From positions 15,698 through 79,697 of the forward strand of contig DASSJM010000032.1 of the NCBI GenBank assembly GCA_035691205.1: a stretch of DNA of 64,000 nt, read 5' to 3'. This DNA is from Actinomycetota bacterium. Its GTDB lineage: Bacteria; Actinomycetota; UBA4738; HRBIN12. Both the position numbers and the translations under genes were made by a program. This document shows positions 17,615 through 27,256 of the stretch, piece by piece (the first letter of the stretch is position 1; every line of letters starts with the position of its first letter). The notes under the pieces are model-generated. The model did no database searches. It had not been told where the DNA came from and saw only the letters and a program-made list of their open reading frames with translations.

Positions 17615-18724
17615 ATGTCGACGGACCGAGCAGGCGTTCGGCTGCGCCGCGGGCGCGTGCGCAGGGTGCTCGGAGAGCGTCCCGGCGTGCTCGAGCTCGA
17701 GGTCGACGTGGAGGGGGGCCGAGCATCCGCGCTCGCGTACACGGACCTGGTCGGCCCGGTCGTCGAGGGCGACGGGGTCCTGCTGAACACCACCGCGGTC
17801 TCGCTCGGCCTCGGCACGGGGGGGATCCACTTCGTCGTGGCGGTCGAGGGGGCGGCCGAGCGGGATGCCCCGCCCGGCGCGAGGACGATGAAGGCCCGAT
17901 ACACGCCGCTGCAGGTCGCCGTCGCCTCGGTGGAGGAGACCCACCGAGACGCGATCGAGGGCTCACCGGGCCTCCGCGGCACGCCCGTGGTCTGCGCGCC
18001 GCTCCATTCGATGATCGCTCCCATCGCGGCGGGTGCCCGCGCGGCCGGGGCGAGACGGATCGTCTACGTGATGACCGACGGCGCCGCCTTGCCCGGGCCG
18101 CTCTCGCGACTGGTTCCGGTCCTGCGCGAGGCGTCGCTCTTGGACGGATGGGTCACCAGCGGCCAGGCGTTCGGAGGCGAGCTCGAGGCCGTCACGGTGT
18201 GGACCGGGCTCCTCGCGGCGATCGAGGTCCTGGCGGCCGACGTCGTGGTGGTATCGGACGGCCCCGGCAACCTCGGGTCCGAGACGACCTGGGGCGTGAG
18301 CGCCCTCGGCAGCGGGCACGCGCTCGACGCCGCCGAGGCGCTCGGAGGCCGGCCGGTGGCCGCGCTGCGGATCTCCTTCGCCGACCCCCGCCCGCGCCAC
18401 CGGGGCGTGTCGCACCACTCGCTCACGATCTTGGAGCGGGTCGCCACGTGCCGGGCGAACGTGGTGGTGCCGGTGCTCGAGGGGGTCGAGCGCGAGACGG
18501 TGTGGGACGCCCTCCGCGCGCGCAAGATCGAGGAGCGGCACCAGCTCGTCGAGGGCGATGGCCGTCCGGGCCTCGATGAGCTCGTACGGTCGGGCGTGCG
18601 GGCCGAGTCGATGGGTCGGACCCCCGCGGACGATCCGGCCTTCTTCCTCGCGGCGGGCGCGGCAGGCGTCGTTGCGGGAAGGATGGCCGCGGGCTCGCGG
18701 GCCTGGAGGCGTGAGCGGGCCTGA
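17615..18724 (+). CDS. conserved hypothetical protein, DUF3866-like
   Basis: 369-aa plus-strand ORF between pafB and pafA (...ASALAYTDLVGPVVEGDGVLLNTTAVSLGLGTGGIHFVVAV...VVVVSDGPGNLGSETTWGVSALG...). Normal composition for a real protein. Resembles the Streptomyces-type DUF3866 family from memory. Confidence 0.5.
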   Translation: MSTDRAGVRLRRGRVRRVLGERPGVLELEVDVEGGRASALAYTDLVGPVVEGDGVLLNTTAVSLGLGTGGIHFVVAVEGAAERDAPPGARTMKARYTPLQVAVASVEETHRDAIEGSPGLRGTPVVCAPLHSMIAPIAAGARAAGARRIVYVMTDGAALPGPLSRLVPVLREASLLDGWVTSGQAFGGELEAVTVWTGLLAAIEVLAADVVVVSDGPGNLGSETTWGVSALGSGHALDAAEALGGRPVAALRISFADPRPRHRGVSHHSLTILERVATCRANVVVPVLEGVERETVWDALRARKIEERHQLVEGDGRPGLDELVRSGVRAESMGRTPADDPAFFLAAGAAGVVAGRMAAGSRAWRRERA

Positions 18725-18733
18725 GGTCGTCCG

Positions 18734-20092
18734 TCACATGTGGGCGATCAGCTGCTCCACACGTTCGTCGACGCTCCGGAAGGGATCCTTGCACAGGACC
18801 GTCCGCTGGGCCTGGTCGTTGAGCTTCAGGTGGACCCAGTCCACGGTGTAGTCGCGCCGCTTCTGCTTCGCCATCCGGATGAAGTCGCCGCGCAGCTTGG
18901 CGCGCGTGGTCTGTGGGGGCTCGCGCATCGCGACCTGGATCTCGCGCTCCGTCACGGCGCGCTCCATCATCCCGGCACGCTCGAGCACGTGGTACAGACC
19001 GCGGGTCCGGTTGACGTCGTGGTACGCGAGGTCGAGGAGCGCGACGCGCGGATGCGACAGCGGAAGCTGATGCTTCGCACGATACCGCTCGATCAGCGCC
19101 TGCTTGGCGACCCAGTCCACCTTCCGGACGAGCCGCTCGGGCTCCTGCAGGATGAGCGCATCGAGCGCGTCGCGCCACTCCTCGAGCAGCTCCTTGCTCT
19201 GCGGGTCCGCCCCGCGGCGCTCGAGGAACCGCTCGGTGCGCTCGTAGTACTCCTCCTGGATCTCGATCGCGGACAGCTCCCGACCGTTGGCGAGCCGGAC
19301 CTTCTTGCGGCACGTGACGTCGTGGCTGATCTCGCGGATCGCGCGGATCGGGTTCTCGAGAGAGAGGTCCCGCATCACGGTGTTGGCCTCCACCATGCGC
19401 AGGACCAGATCGGTCACCCCGACCTTCAGCCAGGTGGTGAACTCCGACATGTTCGAGTCGCCGACGATCACGTGCAGTCGCCGGAACCGCTCGGCGTCGG
19501 CGTGCGGCTCGTCGCGGGTGTTGATGATGGGGCGCGAGCGGGTCGTCGCGCTCGAGACGCCCTCCCAGATGTGCTCCGCTCGCTGGGCGATGCAGAAGAC
19601 GGCTCCCCGCGGGCCGTGCAGGACCTTCCCGGCCCCGCACCAGATCTGGCGCGTCACGAAGAAGGGGATCAACAGGTCCGCCATGCGGGCGAACTCGCCC
19701 TGCCGGGCGACCAGGTAGTTCTCGTGGCATCCGTAGGAGTTCCCCGCGGAGTCCGTGTTGTTCTTGAAGAGGTAGACCTGTCCGCTGATGCCCTCCTCGT
19801 GCAACCGGACCTCGGCCGCGGCGAGCAGCGCCTCCAGGATCCGCTCCCCCGCCTTGTCGTGTGCCACCAGGTCCGCGATCGCATCGCACTCGGGTGTGGC
19901 GTACTCGGGATGCGAGCCCACGTCGAGGTACAGGCGGGCCCCGTTCTCGAGGAAGACGTTCGAGGAACGGCCCCAGTGGACGACGCGGCGGAACAGGTAG
20001 CGGGCGACCTCATCCGGCGACAGACGGCGCTGCCCCCGGAACGTGCACGTCACCCCGTACTCGTTCTCCAGGCCGAAGATGCGTCGATCCAC
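18734..20092 (-). CDS. pafA: Pup--protein ligase PafA
   Basis: 452 aa. [16 protein letters not shown]... carboxylate-amine ligase fold; collinear with dop downstream. Classical position after prcA. Confidence 0.9.
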   Translation of the reverse strand: MDRRIFGLENEYGVTCTFRGQRRLSPDEVARYLFRRVVHWGRSSNVFLENGARLYLDVGSHPEYATPECDAIADLVAHDKAGERILEALLAAAEVRLHEEGISGQVYLFKNNTDSAGNSYGCHENYLVARQGEFARMADLLIPFFVTRQIWCGAGKVLHGPRGAVFCIAQRAEHIWEGVSSATTRSRPIINTRDEPHADAERFRRLHVIVGDSNMSEFTTWLKVGVTDLVLRMVEANTVMRDLSLENPIRAIREISHDVTCRKKVRLANGRELSAIEIQEEYYERTERFLERRGADPQSKELLEEWRDALDALILQEPERLVRKVDWVAKQALIERYRAKHQLPLSHPRVALLDLAYHDVNRTRGLYHVLERAGMMERAVTEREIQVAMREPPQTTRAKLRGDFIRMAKQKRRDYTVDWVHLKLNDQAQRTVLCKDPFRSVDERVEQLIAHM

Positions 20093-20150
20093 GCATCGAG
20101 TGTATGCGTGCGTGGTGCTGAGGGGGGGAGGCGGGTCGGCGGTCAGCCGG

Positions 20151-20837
20151 TCAGCCGGTCAGCATCCCGGCGACCTCGTCCTCGGGCAGTCGCCGGAACT
20201 TGCGCCGGGCGGTCCGGGTCCGGTCGAGCACACCCGCCTCCAGAGCCTCCGCATCGATCTCGCGACCCTCCGCGGTCGACAGGGCCTTGGCGGCCTCGCG
20301 GACGGCCGTCGACAGGTCCCAGCCCGGCCGATAGGCGGCCTTCACGGCCTCGGTGAGCTCCTCCGCGTGGCCGCCGATCGCGACGTGGTCGTGCTCGTCG
20401 GTCACCGTGCCGTCGAAGAGCACGTGGTAGATCTCGTCGCGGCCGCCGTCCTCGGCGACCTCGGCGACCAGGACCTCCACCTCGTAGGGCTTCATCTGCT
20501 GCGTGAAGATGGTCGAGAGGGCCTGCGAGTACGCGTTGGCCAGGTCGCGGGCCCGGACGTCTTCCCGTCCGTACGAGTACCCCCGGAGGTCGGCCAGGCG
20601 GACGCCGCTGATGCGCAGGTCCTCGAACTCGCTGTACTTGCCGACGCCGGCGAACACGATCCGGTCGTAGATCTCGCTGATCTTGTGCAGGGTGGCGCTG
20701 GGGTTCTCCGCGATGAACAAGATGCCGTCCGCGTACTCCAGTCCGATCACGGACTTGCCGCGAGCGATGCCCTTGTGGGCGAACTCCGAGCGGTCCTTCA
20801 TCAGCTGCTCGGGCGGCACGTAGGGCATGAAGCTCAT
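20151..20837 (-). CDS. prcA: 20S proteasome alpha subunit
   Basis: 228 aa, [45 protein letters not shown]... 4-nt overlap with prcB. Confidence 0.9.
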   Translation of the reverse strand: MSFMPYVPPEQLMKDRSEFAHKGIARGKSVIGLEYADGILFIAENPSATLHKISEIYDRIVFAGVGKYSEFEDLRISGVRLADLRGYSYGREDVRARDLANAYSQALSTIFTQQMKPYEVEVLVAEVAEDGGRDEIYHVLFDGTVTDEHDHVAIGGHAEELTEAVKAAYRPGWDLSTAVREAAKALSTAEGREIDAEALEAGVLDRTRTARRKFRRLPEDEVAGMLTG

Positions 20838-21622
20838 GCGGACCGCTCCTGCAGCACGGCCTCGACGGCCGCGGCGACGTCGGCCTCGGGCACCTCCTCG
20901 GCACCCTCCGCGGAGACGACGACGATGGTGGGGAAGATCTTTCGGATCGCGTCCGGTCCGCTCGTGGCCGTGTCGTCCTCGGACGCGTCGATGAGTGCCT
21001 CCACGGCCACCCGGATCGCCGTGGGACGATCCAACCCCGGCCGCCAGCGCTTCTTGAGCGAGTTCTTCGCCGGGAGCCCGCCCGACCCGGTCGTCTGGTA
21101 GTCGTCCTCCTCCCAGCGGCCGCCGGTAGCGTCGTAGTAGAAGATCCGGCCCTCGCCGCGTCGCTCGTCGAACCCGCCGAACAGCGGTACCACCACCAGC
21201 CCCTGCATCGCCGCGGGCAGGTTGCCTCGGATCATCTGCGCCAGGCGGTTCGCCTTGCCCTCCAACGAGAGCCGATCACCGGTGATCTTCTCGTAGTGCT
21301 CGAGCTCGAGCTGGAACAGCTTGACGATCTCACCGGCCTGGCCGGCCGCGCCCGCGATGGCGATCACGGAGCGGTCGTCGGCCGCGAACACCTTGCGGAT
21401 CTTGGCATCGGCCACCAGGTTGCCCGACGTCGCGCGCCGGTCCCCGGCCATCACGACGCCCTCGGTGAACTTCAACCCCAGGACGGTCGTTCCGTGCGGC
21501 AGGCGCAGCTCGCTCGCCGCGGTGACGAGGTCCGGCAGGGCCTCGGGCCGTGCCTGCCGGACGAGGTCGAAGAAGCTGGGGTTCGCGCCGATCACACCGC
21601 CTGGCGGCGAGGGCTCGGTCAC
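20834..21622 (-). CDS. prcB: 20S proteasome beta subunit (with propeptide)
   Basis: 262 aa. Propeptide then catalytic Thr at ...LRLPHG|TTVLGLKF, GDRRATSG motif. 4-nt overlap with pup stop. Confidence 0.9.
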   Translation of the reverse strand: MTEPSPPGGVIGANPSFFDLVRQARPEALPDLVTAASELRLPHGTTVLGLKFTEGVVMAGDRRATSGNLVADAKIRKVFAADDRSVIAIAGAAGQAGEIVKLFQLELEHYEKITGDRLSLEGKANRLAQMIRGNLPAAMQGLVVVPLFGGFDERRGEGRIFYYDATGGRWEEDDYQTTGSGGLPAKNSLKKRWRPGLDRPTAIRVAVEALIDASEDDTATSGPDAIRKIFPTIVVVSAEGAEEVPEADVAAAVEAVLQERSA

Positions 21623-21816
21623 TCGCCGCCCTTCTGGACGTAGGACTTCACGAACTCCTCGGCGTTCTCCTCGAGCACCGAGTCGATCTCGTCCAGGATG
21701 TCGTCCATCTCCTCCTTGAGCTTCTCGCCCTTGGAGGTGGCGGCGACCTGTCCGGCATCCTCGCCGGCGCCTCCGGACCGCTTCTGCGTCTTCTTCCGTT
21801 CCTGTTCCTGGGGCAC
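21619..21816 (-). CDS. pup: prokaryotic ubiquitin-like protein Pup (PupE, C-terminal ...GGE)
   Basis: 65 codons from GTG 21816 (AAGGAG 8 nt upstream). VPQEQERKKTQKRSGG...KLKEEMDDILDEIDSVLEENAEEFVKSYVQKGGE. The track ORF is extended upstream to 144 aa. Confidence 0.85.
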   Translation of the reverse strand: MPQEQERKKTQKRSGGAGEDAGQVAATSKGEKLKEEMDDILDEIDSVLEENAEEFVKSYVQKGGE

Positions 21817-21866
21817 GACGATCGCTCCTTGCAGCCTGGTGGAAGCGATTCTACCCGCCGGTCCTG

Positions 21867-23351
21867 CTAGGACCGGAGCAGGTCGACGAGCGCCGCCGCG
21901 TCCTCGGCTCGGGCCAGGAGGTCCTCCACCTGGGCCCGGGTTCCGCGCAGCGGTTCGCGCATCGGCACCCGCTGGAGCGCCTCCGCCCCGGTGTCGAAGA
22001 TGATCGAGTCCCACGATGCCGCCGCGATCGCCTCCGGGAAGCGATCGATGCACCGGCCGCGGAAGTAGGCCCGCGTGTCCTCGGGTGGCTCCATCATCGC
22101 GCGCTCGATCTCGTCGTCGGTCACGAGCCGTTCCACCTTGCCCGTCGCCGCCAGGCGCTGGTAGAGGCCACGGTCGCGACGGACGTCGTGGTACTGGAGG
22201 TCGATCGCACGAAGCTTGTGGTCGGCCCAGTCCAGCCCGTCGCGTTCGCGGTAGGCCTCGAGCAGGCGGTACTTCGCCACCCAGTCCAGCTCACGGTGGA
22301 GCTGCATCGGGTCGTCTTCTAGCGCCGTGAGCACGCCCTCCCATCGCTCCAAGACCTCGACGTTGGCTGCGGTCGTCTCCACGGCCTCGACGTACTTCCT
22401 GGCGCGCTCCAGGTACTCCCACTGGATCTGGACGGCCGTGAGCTTGCGACCGTCGGCCATCGGGAGCTGCGCCGTGCACGTGAGATCCCGCGAGACCTCG
22501 TGCAACGCGGGTACCGGCGACGCCAACGCGAGGTCCGGGACCTCGTCGTCCTCGATCAGCTTGAGCACGAGCGCGGTGGTCCCCAGCTTCAGGAAGGTCG
22601 CCATCTCGCAGAGGTTGGCGTCCCCGACGATCACATGGAGCCTGCGGTACCTCTCGGGGTCGGCGTGCGGCTCGTCACGCGTGTTCACGATGGGGCGCTT
22701 CAACGTCGTCTCGAGGCCGACCTCCGCCTCGAAGAAGTCGGCCCGCTGGGTGACCTGGTAGCGGTCCCTCGACCGCTCATCCCAGGTTGCCTCGGCACCG
22801 AGCTTGCCCGCCCCGGTGAACACCTGGCGGCTCACGAAGAACGGCATGATCCCGGTCACGAGGCTCGCGAAGGGGACCGCGCGGTCGACGAGGTAGTTCT
22901 CGTGCGTACCGTACGAGTTGCCCTTGCCGTCGCTGTTGTTCTTGTAGACGGCCAGGCGTTGGCCGCCGGGCATGGAGCGCTCGACCTCCAGGAGGGATCG
23001 CTCGAGGATCCGCTCCCCCGCCTTGTCATGGATCACCAACTCGCGGGGGCTGGCGCACTCGGGCGTCGAGTACTCGGGGTGGGCGTGGTCCACGTAGTAG
23101 CGGGCGCCGTTGGGCAGGATCACGTTGGCGAGCCCGAGGTCCTCCTCGGAGGGCTCCCGCAGCTGCACGGGCTCGAACCCGCGGGCGTCGCGGAGCGGCG
23201 ACTCCTGCTCGTAGTCCCAGCGGATCCGGCGGAGGGTCCCCGCGTACGTGCTGATGAGCATCGAGGAGGACAGGACCGGGTTGAACTCGGGTGAGCCGAT
23301 CGCCGAGATGCCGTACTCGGTCTCGGTACCGATGACCTTGGGGATGGCCAT
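21867..23351 (-). CDS. dop: Pup deamidase/depupylase Dop
   Basis: 494 aa, MAIPKVIGTETEYGISAIG... PafA paralog with the Dop-specific insertion. Confidence 0.9.
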   Translation of the reverse strand: MAIPKVIGTETEYGISAIGSPEFNPVLSSSMLISTYAGTLRRIRWDYEQESPLRDARGFEPVQLREPSEEDLGLANVILPNGARYYVDHAHPEYSTPECASPRELVIHDKAGERILERSLLEVERSMPGGQRLAVYKNNSDGKGNSYGTHENYLVDRAVPFASLVTGIMPFFVSRQVFTGAGKLGAEATWDERSRDRYQVTQRADFFEAEVGLETTLKRPIVNTRDEPHADPERYRRLHVIVGDANLCEMATFLKLGTTALVLKLIEDDEVPDLALASPVPALHEVSRDLTCTAQLPMADGRKLTAVQIQWEYLERARKYVEAVETTAANVEVLERWEGVLTALEDDPMQLHRELDWVAKYRLLEAYRERDGLDWADHKLRAIDLQYHDVRRDRGLYQRLAATGKVERLVTDDEIERAMMEPPEDTRAYFRGRCIDRFPEAIAAASWDSIIFDTGAEALQRVPMREPLRGTRAQVEDLLARAEDAAALVDLLRS

Positions 23352-23360
23352 CAGGGCACC

Positions 23361-25142
23361 CTACAGGTACTGCCCCGCGCTGACCCGCTCGACCTGTCGA
23401 CCCTCGCCGTCCCCGTCGCCGAGCAGGGTGCGGACGTAGACGATCCGCTCGCCCTTCTTGCCCGAGATGCGCGCCCAGTCGTCGGGGTTGGTGGTGTTGG
23501 GCAGGTCCTCGTTCTCCTTGAACTCGTCCTTGATCGCGTGCGCCAGGTCCTCGATCTTGATCCCCTTCTCCCCCGTGGACAGGAAGCGCTTGATCGCCTC
23601 CTTCTTCGCGCGACGCACGATGTTCTCGATCATCGCCCCGGAGTTGAAGTCCTTGAAGTAGAGGACCTCCTTGTCGCCGCTGGCGTAGGTCACCTCGAGG
23701 AACCGATTCTCGTCGGTCTCCGCGTACATCCGGTCGACCGTCTGCTGGATCATCCGCGTCGTCGTCGCCTTCACGTCACCGCCCGTCCGACCCAGGTCCT
23801 CGGGGTGGATCGGGACACGCGCGTTCAGGTACTTGCCCATGATGTCGGCGGCCTGGGCGGCATCGGGACGCTCGATCTTGATCTTCACGTCCAGCCGCCC
23901 GGGACGCAGGATCGCGGGGTCGATCAGGTCCTCCCGGTTGGAGGCGCCGATCACGATGACGTTCTTCAGCGTCTCGACGCCGTCGAGCTCGGAGAGCAGC
24001 TGCGGGACGATCGTCGACTCCACGTCGCTCGAGATCCCCGTCCCACGCGTGCGGAAGATCGAGTCCATCTCGTCGAAGAAGACGATGACCGGCAGTCCCT
24101 CCTCCGAGCGTTCCTTGGCGCGCTGGAAGATCTGCCGGATCTGGCGCTCGGTCTCGCCGACGTACTTGTTCAGGAGCTCGGGGCCCTTGATGTTCAGGAA
24201 GTACGAGTGCGCGTCCTGACGCCCGGTCCGCTCCCGGACCTTGTCGGCCAGCGACTTGGCGACGGCCTTGGCGATCAGCGTCTTGCCGCATCCAGGGGGT
24301 CCGTACAGGAGGACACCCTTGGGCGCCTCGAGCTGGTGCTCCTGGAACAGCTCCGCATACAGGAACGGGAGCTCGACGGCATCGCGGATCGCCTCGATCT
24401 GCCCCTCGAGCCCCCCGATGTCCTCGTACGAGACGTCCGGGATCTCCTCGAGGACGAGCTCCTCGACCTCCTCCTTCGGCAGCTTCTCGAGCGCGATGTT
24501 GGACCGCGGGTCGATCATCAGCGGGTCGCCGGCACGGATCTGCTCGGTCAGCAGCCCCGCCGAGAGCGTTGCCACGAGCTCCTCGTCGCCGCGGCCCACG
24601 ACCACCACGCGATCGTCGCCCAGGCGGTCCTTGACCTTCATGACCTCGCCGGCGCGGTCCGGATCGAGGACCTCGACCACGTTCAGGGCCTCGTTCAAGA
24701 TCACCTCGACGCCCTTGCGCAGGCGGTCGGGGTCCAGGTCCGGGGAGATGTTCACGCGCATCTTGCGTCCCGCGGTGAACACGTCCGCGGATCCGTCCTC
24801 GTTGGTCGCCAGGTAGACGCCGAAGGACGCAGGGGGCTGGCTGAGCTTCTCGACCTCGTCGCGGAGCCCCTCGATCCGCTCCTTCTCGGCCTGAAGCGTG
24901 CTCGCGAGCTTCTCGTTCTGGGTGACGGCACGGGCCAGGTCCGATCGCGCCTGAAGCAGCTTCTCCTCGAGGAGCTTCACCTGGCGCGGGGCGTTGGTGA
25001 GCCGACGCCGCAGCAGCGAGATCTCGTCCTCGAGGAAGCGCACCTGCGTCGAGAGCTCGTGGAGCTGCTTCTCGTAGCGCTCCTGCTGCTCGCGTGGATC
25101 GGGCTCGGGCAACTCCGTCACCTCCCGCGTGGCGGGAATCAT
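23361..25142 (-). CDS. arc: proteasome-associated AAA+ ATPase ARC/Mpa
   Basis: 593 aa. N-terminal coiled coil, OB domains, Walker [17 protein letters not shown]-terminal ...GQYL proteasome-docking motif. Confidence 0.9.
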   Translation of the reverse strand: MIPATREVTELPEPDPREQQERYEKQLHELSTQVRFLEDEISLLRRRLTNAPRQVKLLEEKLLQARSDLARAVTQNEKLASTLQAEKERIEGLRDEVEKLSQPPASFGVYLATNEDGSADVFTAGRKMRVNISPDLDPDRLRKGVEVILNEALNVVEVLDPDRAGEVMKVKDRLGDDRVVVVGRGDEELVATLSAGLLTEQIRAGDPLMIDPRSNIALEKLPKEEVEELVLEEIPDVSYEDIGGLEGQIEAIRDAVELPFLYAELFQEHQLEAPKGVLLYGPPGCGKTLIAKAVAKSLADKVRERTGRQDAHSYFLNIKGPELLNKYVGETERQIRQIFQRAKERSEEGLPVIVFFDEMDSIFRTRGTGISSDVESTIVPQLLSELDGVETLKNVIVIGASNREDLIDPAILRPGRLDVKIKIERPDAAQAADIMGKYLNARVPIHPEDLGRTGGDVKATTTRMIQQTVDRMYAETDENRFLEVTYASGDKEVLYFKDFNSGAMIENIVRRAKKEAIKRFLSTGEKGIKIEDLAHAIKDEFKENEDLPNTTNPDDWARISGKKGERIVYVRTLLGDGDGEGRQVERVSAGQYL

Positions 25143-25190
25143 ACCGCCGGTCCCTCCCCGGTCCGGGAGGGATGGGGAAGTCCGCCGGTC

Positions 25191-26009
25191 TTATGGATAC
25201 GGTACTCGGGGGTCCGGACGTTCTAGGTGATGCCCGATCTTCCGTGCAACGGTCAGGAACCCCGTGTGGGCGACCATGCGGTGATCGGGCCGGACGCTTC
25301 GGGCGGTCACGTGCCACGAGCGGTGGAGCACCTCGAAGGTCTCGAGGTGGTCGTAGCCCGTCTCCTCGAGCTCGAGGACGAACTGCTGCACCTGAACGGT
25401 CGTGGGCAGGTACCCGCAGACGATCCCCCCGTCCACCAGGATCCGGGAGACCGCCGGCAGCGCGGCCCAGGGTTCGGGGAGGTCCAGGATCGTCCGGTCG
25501 AAGGTCTCCCCGGTCTCCGCCGCCAGGGAGACGTCGCCCTCACGAAGCTCGAGCCAGTCCGGCAGCTTCCCGAAGAACGCCTCGATGTTGCGGGCGGCCT
25601 TCGACTGGAACTCCTGGCGCAGGTCGTAGGAAACGACCCGTCCGCCCGCCCCTGTGGCCCTGCAGAGAGCGAGGGTGAGGGACCCCGATCCGGTCCCTGC
25701 CTCCAGGACCCGGGCACCGGGGAAGACGTCCGCCTCCACCAGGATCGCCCCGATGTCCTTGGGGTACACGACCTGGGCGCCCCGGGGCATCTTCAAGATG
25801 TAGTCCGCCATCCGCGGGCGGAAGGCGCGGAACGCCATCCCCGTGGCCGAGTGGACCTGCGTCCCCTCGGGCGAGCCGATCACGAGGTCGTGCGGGAGCC
25901 CGCCCCCATGCGAGTGCCAGGTCTGCCCGGACTCCAGGGTCACGAAGTACCTGCGGCCGCGCTGATCGACGAGCAGGATCCGCTCCCCCGGCTCGAAGGG
26001 TCCGCTCAC
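25191..26009 (-). CDS. trmI: tRNA (adenine58-N1)-methyltransferase TrmI
   Basis: 272 aa. N-terminal beta-domain, then SAM-binding VLEAGTGSGSLTLAL and DLPEPW motifs. Orthologous position to Rv2118c next to arc. ATGA overlap with the upstream ttuBA stop. Confidence 0.85.
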   Translation of the reverse strand: MSGPFEPGERILLVDQRGRRYFVTLESGQTWHSHGGGLPHDLVIGSPEGTQVHSATGMAFRAFRPRMADYILKMPRGAQVVYPKDIGAILVEADVFPGARVLEAGTGSGSLTLALCRATGAGGRVVSYDLRQEFQSKAARNIEAFFGKLPDWLELREGDVSLAAETGETFDRTILDLPEPWAALPAVSRILVDGGIVCGYLPTTVQVQQFVLELEETGYDHLETFEVLHRSWHVTARSVRPDHRMVAHTGFLTVARKIGHHLERPDPRVPYP

Positions 26010-27223
26010 GACGGGCGCCCCGCCGTGTAGATCTCCGCCGGCAGGACCTCGTCCGAGGTCTCGGTGGCGATCTCACGCTCGTCGATCGCGTCCCGCTCGA
26101 TCCGCGGTTCCCCGAGGCGCTCGCCAAGGATCTGGGCCTGCGCCCGGCAGAAGGCGCAGAACCGGCCCGTCGTGGGCTGTTCGCACCGCTCGCACGGCAC
26201 GAGCGTCGCCTCGTCCTGCGAGGCGAACAGCGGTGCCGCCCGATCCAGGTACGAGAGGAAGAACTGGGCCTTGGTCCCGGGCGAGGTCGCCTCGAGCTGG
26301 TTCATCGCCTCCTTGTATCGGAGCTGGGTGTTCCCACCGACGAGCGGGCACTCCTCGACCACGTAGTCGATCCCGCGGAGGAACGCGTACGCGGCGGTCT
26401 CGAGCTCGGAGAGCCGATACAGCGGCTTCACCTTGCGGGCCAGTCCCTCCTCGGCGGGCAGGACCGGGAACTGTCGTGCGATGTAGTCCGTCTGCCAGCG
26501 GAGCGTGTTGCCGAGGAGCGTCGCCGCCTCGTCGTCCAGGTTATGGCCGGTGGCGACGACGTCGTACCCGTGGTCGCGTGCGGCCTTGTTGAAGATGTAG
26601 CGCTTGGACAGGCCGCACACGGCGCAGGTCGATCGGGATCCCTTCCGGCCGGCCGTCGGGACGTCGAACCCGTACTCGCGCTCGAGGTCGACCGCGATCA
26701 GGCGCGCCCCTCGCTCGCGCGCGAACGTCCGGGCGACCTCGCCGGAGCGGGTCGAGTACTCCCCGATCCCTAGGCCGAGGTACAGACCGTCGGCGCGGTA
26801 CCCGAGCTCGAGCAGCACGTCCCACAGGGCGAGCGAGTCCTTCCCCCCGGAGACGGCCACGAGGATCCGGTCCTCCGCGCCGAACATGTCGTAGTGCTCG
26901 ACGGCGCGCTTCACCTGCTCGCGTACGTGATGGACGAAGCAGTCGCGGCAGAAGGCCGCGTTGTGCCGCCGGACCTCGACCACGGCGGCCGCTCCGCACC
27001 GGCGGCACTTCATCCGATTGCCGCCGGTGCTCCCACCGCTGATCACGGGCCGGATCTCGATCAGGTCGTCGGCGCCCACACGGTCCTCCCGGGTGAGGAG
27101 CTCGCGCTCGCGGATCACGAGGACCGTGTCCGCGTTGATGCCGAGCTCGCGGAGGACGTCGTGCACCTTCCGGCCGCCAGGGACGTCCATCTCGCGATCG
27201 GGGTTGCGGAGCCGCACCTTCAT
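26006..27223 (-). CDS. ttuA: fusion of ThiS/TtuB-like sulfur-carrier domain (ends ...ISGG) with TtuA-type tRNA 2-thiouridine synthetase (PP-loop ATPase)
   Basis: 405 aa. Residues 1-64 MKVRLRNPDREMDVPGGRKVHDVLRELGINADTVLVIRERELLTREDRVGADDLIEIRPVISGG form a ThiS/MoaD beta-grasp ending Gly-Gly. Linker STGGNR. From the internal ATG at 27013: MKCRRCGAAAVVEVRRHNAAFCRDCF (Zn finger), VAVSGGKDS (PP-loop), CAVCGLSKRY, ATGHNLDDEA, C-terminal CERCEQPTTGRFCAFCR. Nearly collinear with Thermus TtuA. No stop between the two parts in this assembly. Confidence 0.75.
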   Translation of the reverse strand: MKVRLRNPDREMDVPGGRKVHDVLRELGINADTVLVIRERELLTREDRVGADDLIEIRPVISGGSTGGNRMKCRRCGAAAVVEVRRHNAAFCRDCFVHHVREQVKRAVEHYDMFGAEDRILVAVSGGKDSLALWDVLLELGYRADGLYLGLGIGEYSTRSGEVARTFARERGARLIAVDLEREYGFDVPTAGRKGSRSTCAVCGLSKRYIFNKAARDHGYDVVATGHNLDDEAATLLGNTLRWQTDYIARQFPVLPAEEGLARKVKPLYRLSELETAAYAFLRGIDYVVEECPLVGGNTQLRYKEAMNQLEATSPGTKAQFFLSYLDRAAPLFASQDEATLVPCERCEQPTTGRFCAFCRAQAQILGERLGEPRIERDAIDEREIATETSDEVLPAEIYTAGRPS

Positions 27224-27256
27224 GCAGGAGAGGCTACCCCCCGACCGGGCCGCGGG

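Noticed and set aside
16661-17966. Long N-terminal extensions of the pafB (438 aa) and pafC (529 aa) track ORFs
   Set aside because: The extensions are Arg/Pro-rich and overlap each other and the upstream gene. PafB/PafC homology begins at ATG 17591 and GTG 16660 respectively, giving canonical ~315-325-aa proteins with the typical stop/start overlap.
18423-19889. 488-aa minus-strand ORF and 538-aa plus-strand ORF (18740..20356) overlapping pafA and the DUF3866 gene
   Set aside because: Alternative frames or antisense of pafA. No motifs, with a compositional signature of GC-frame artefacts.
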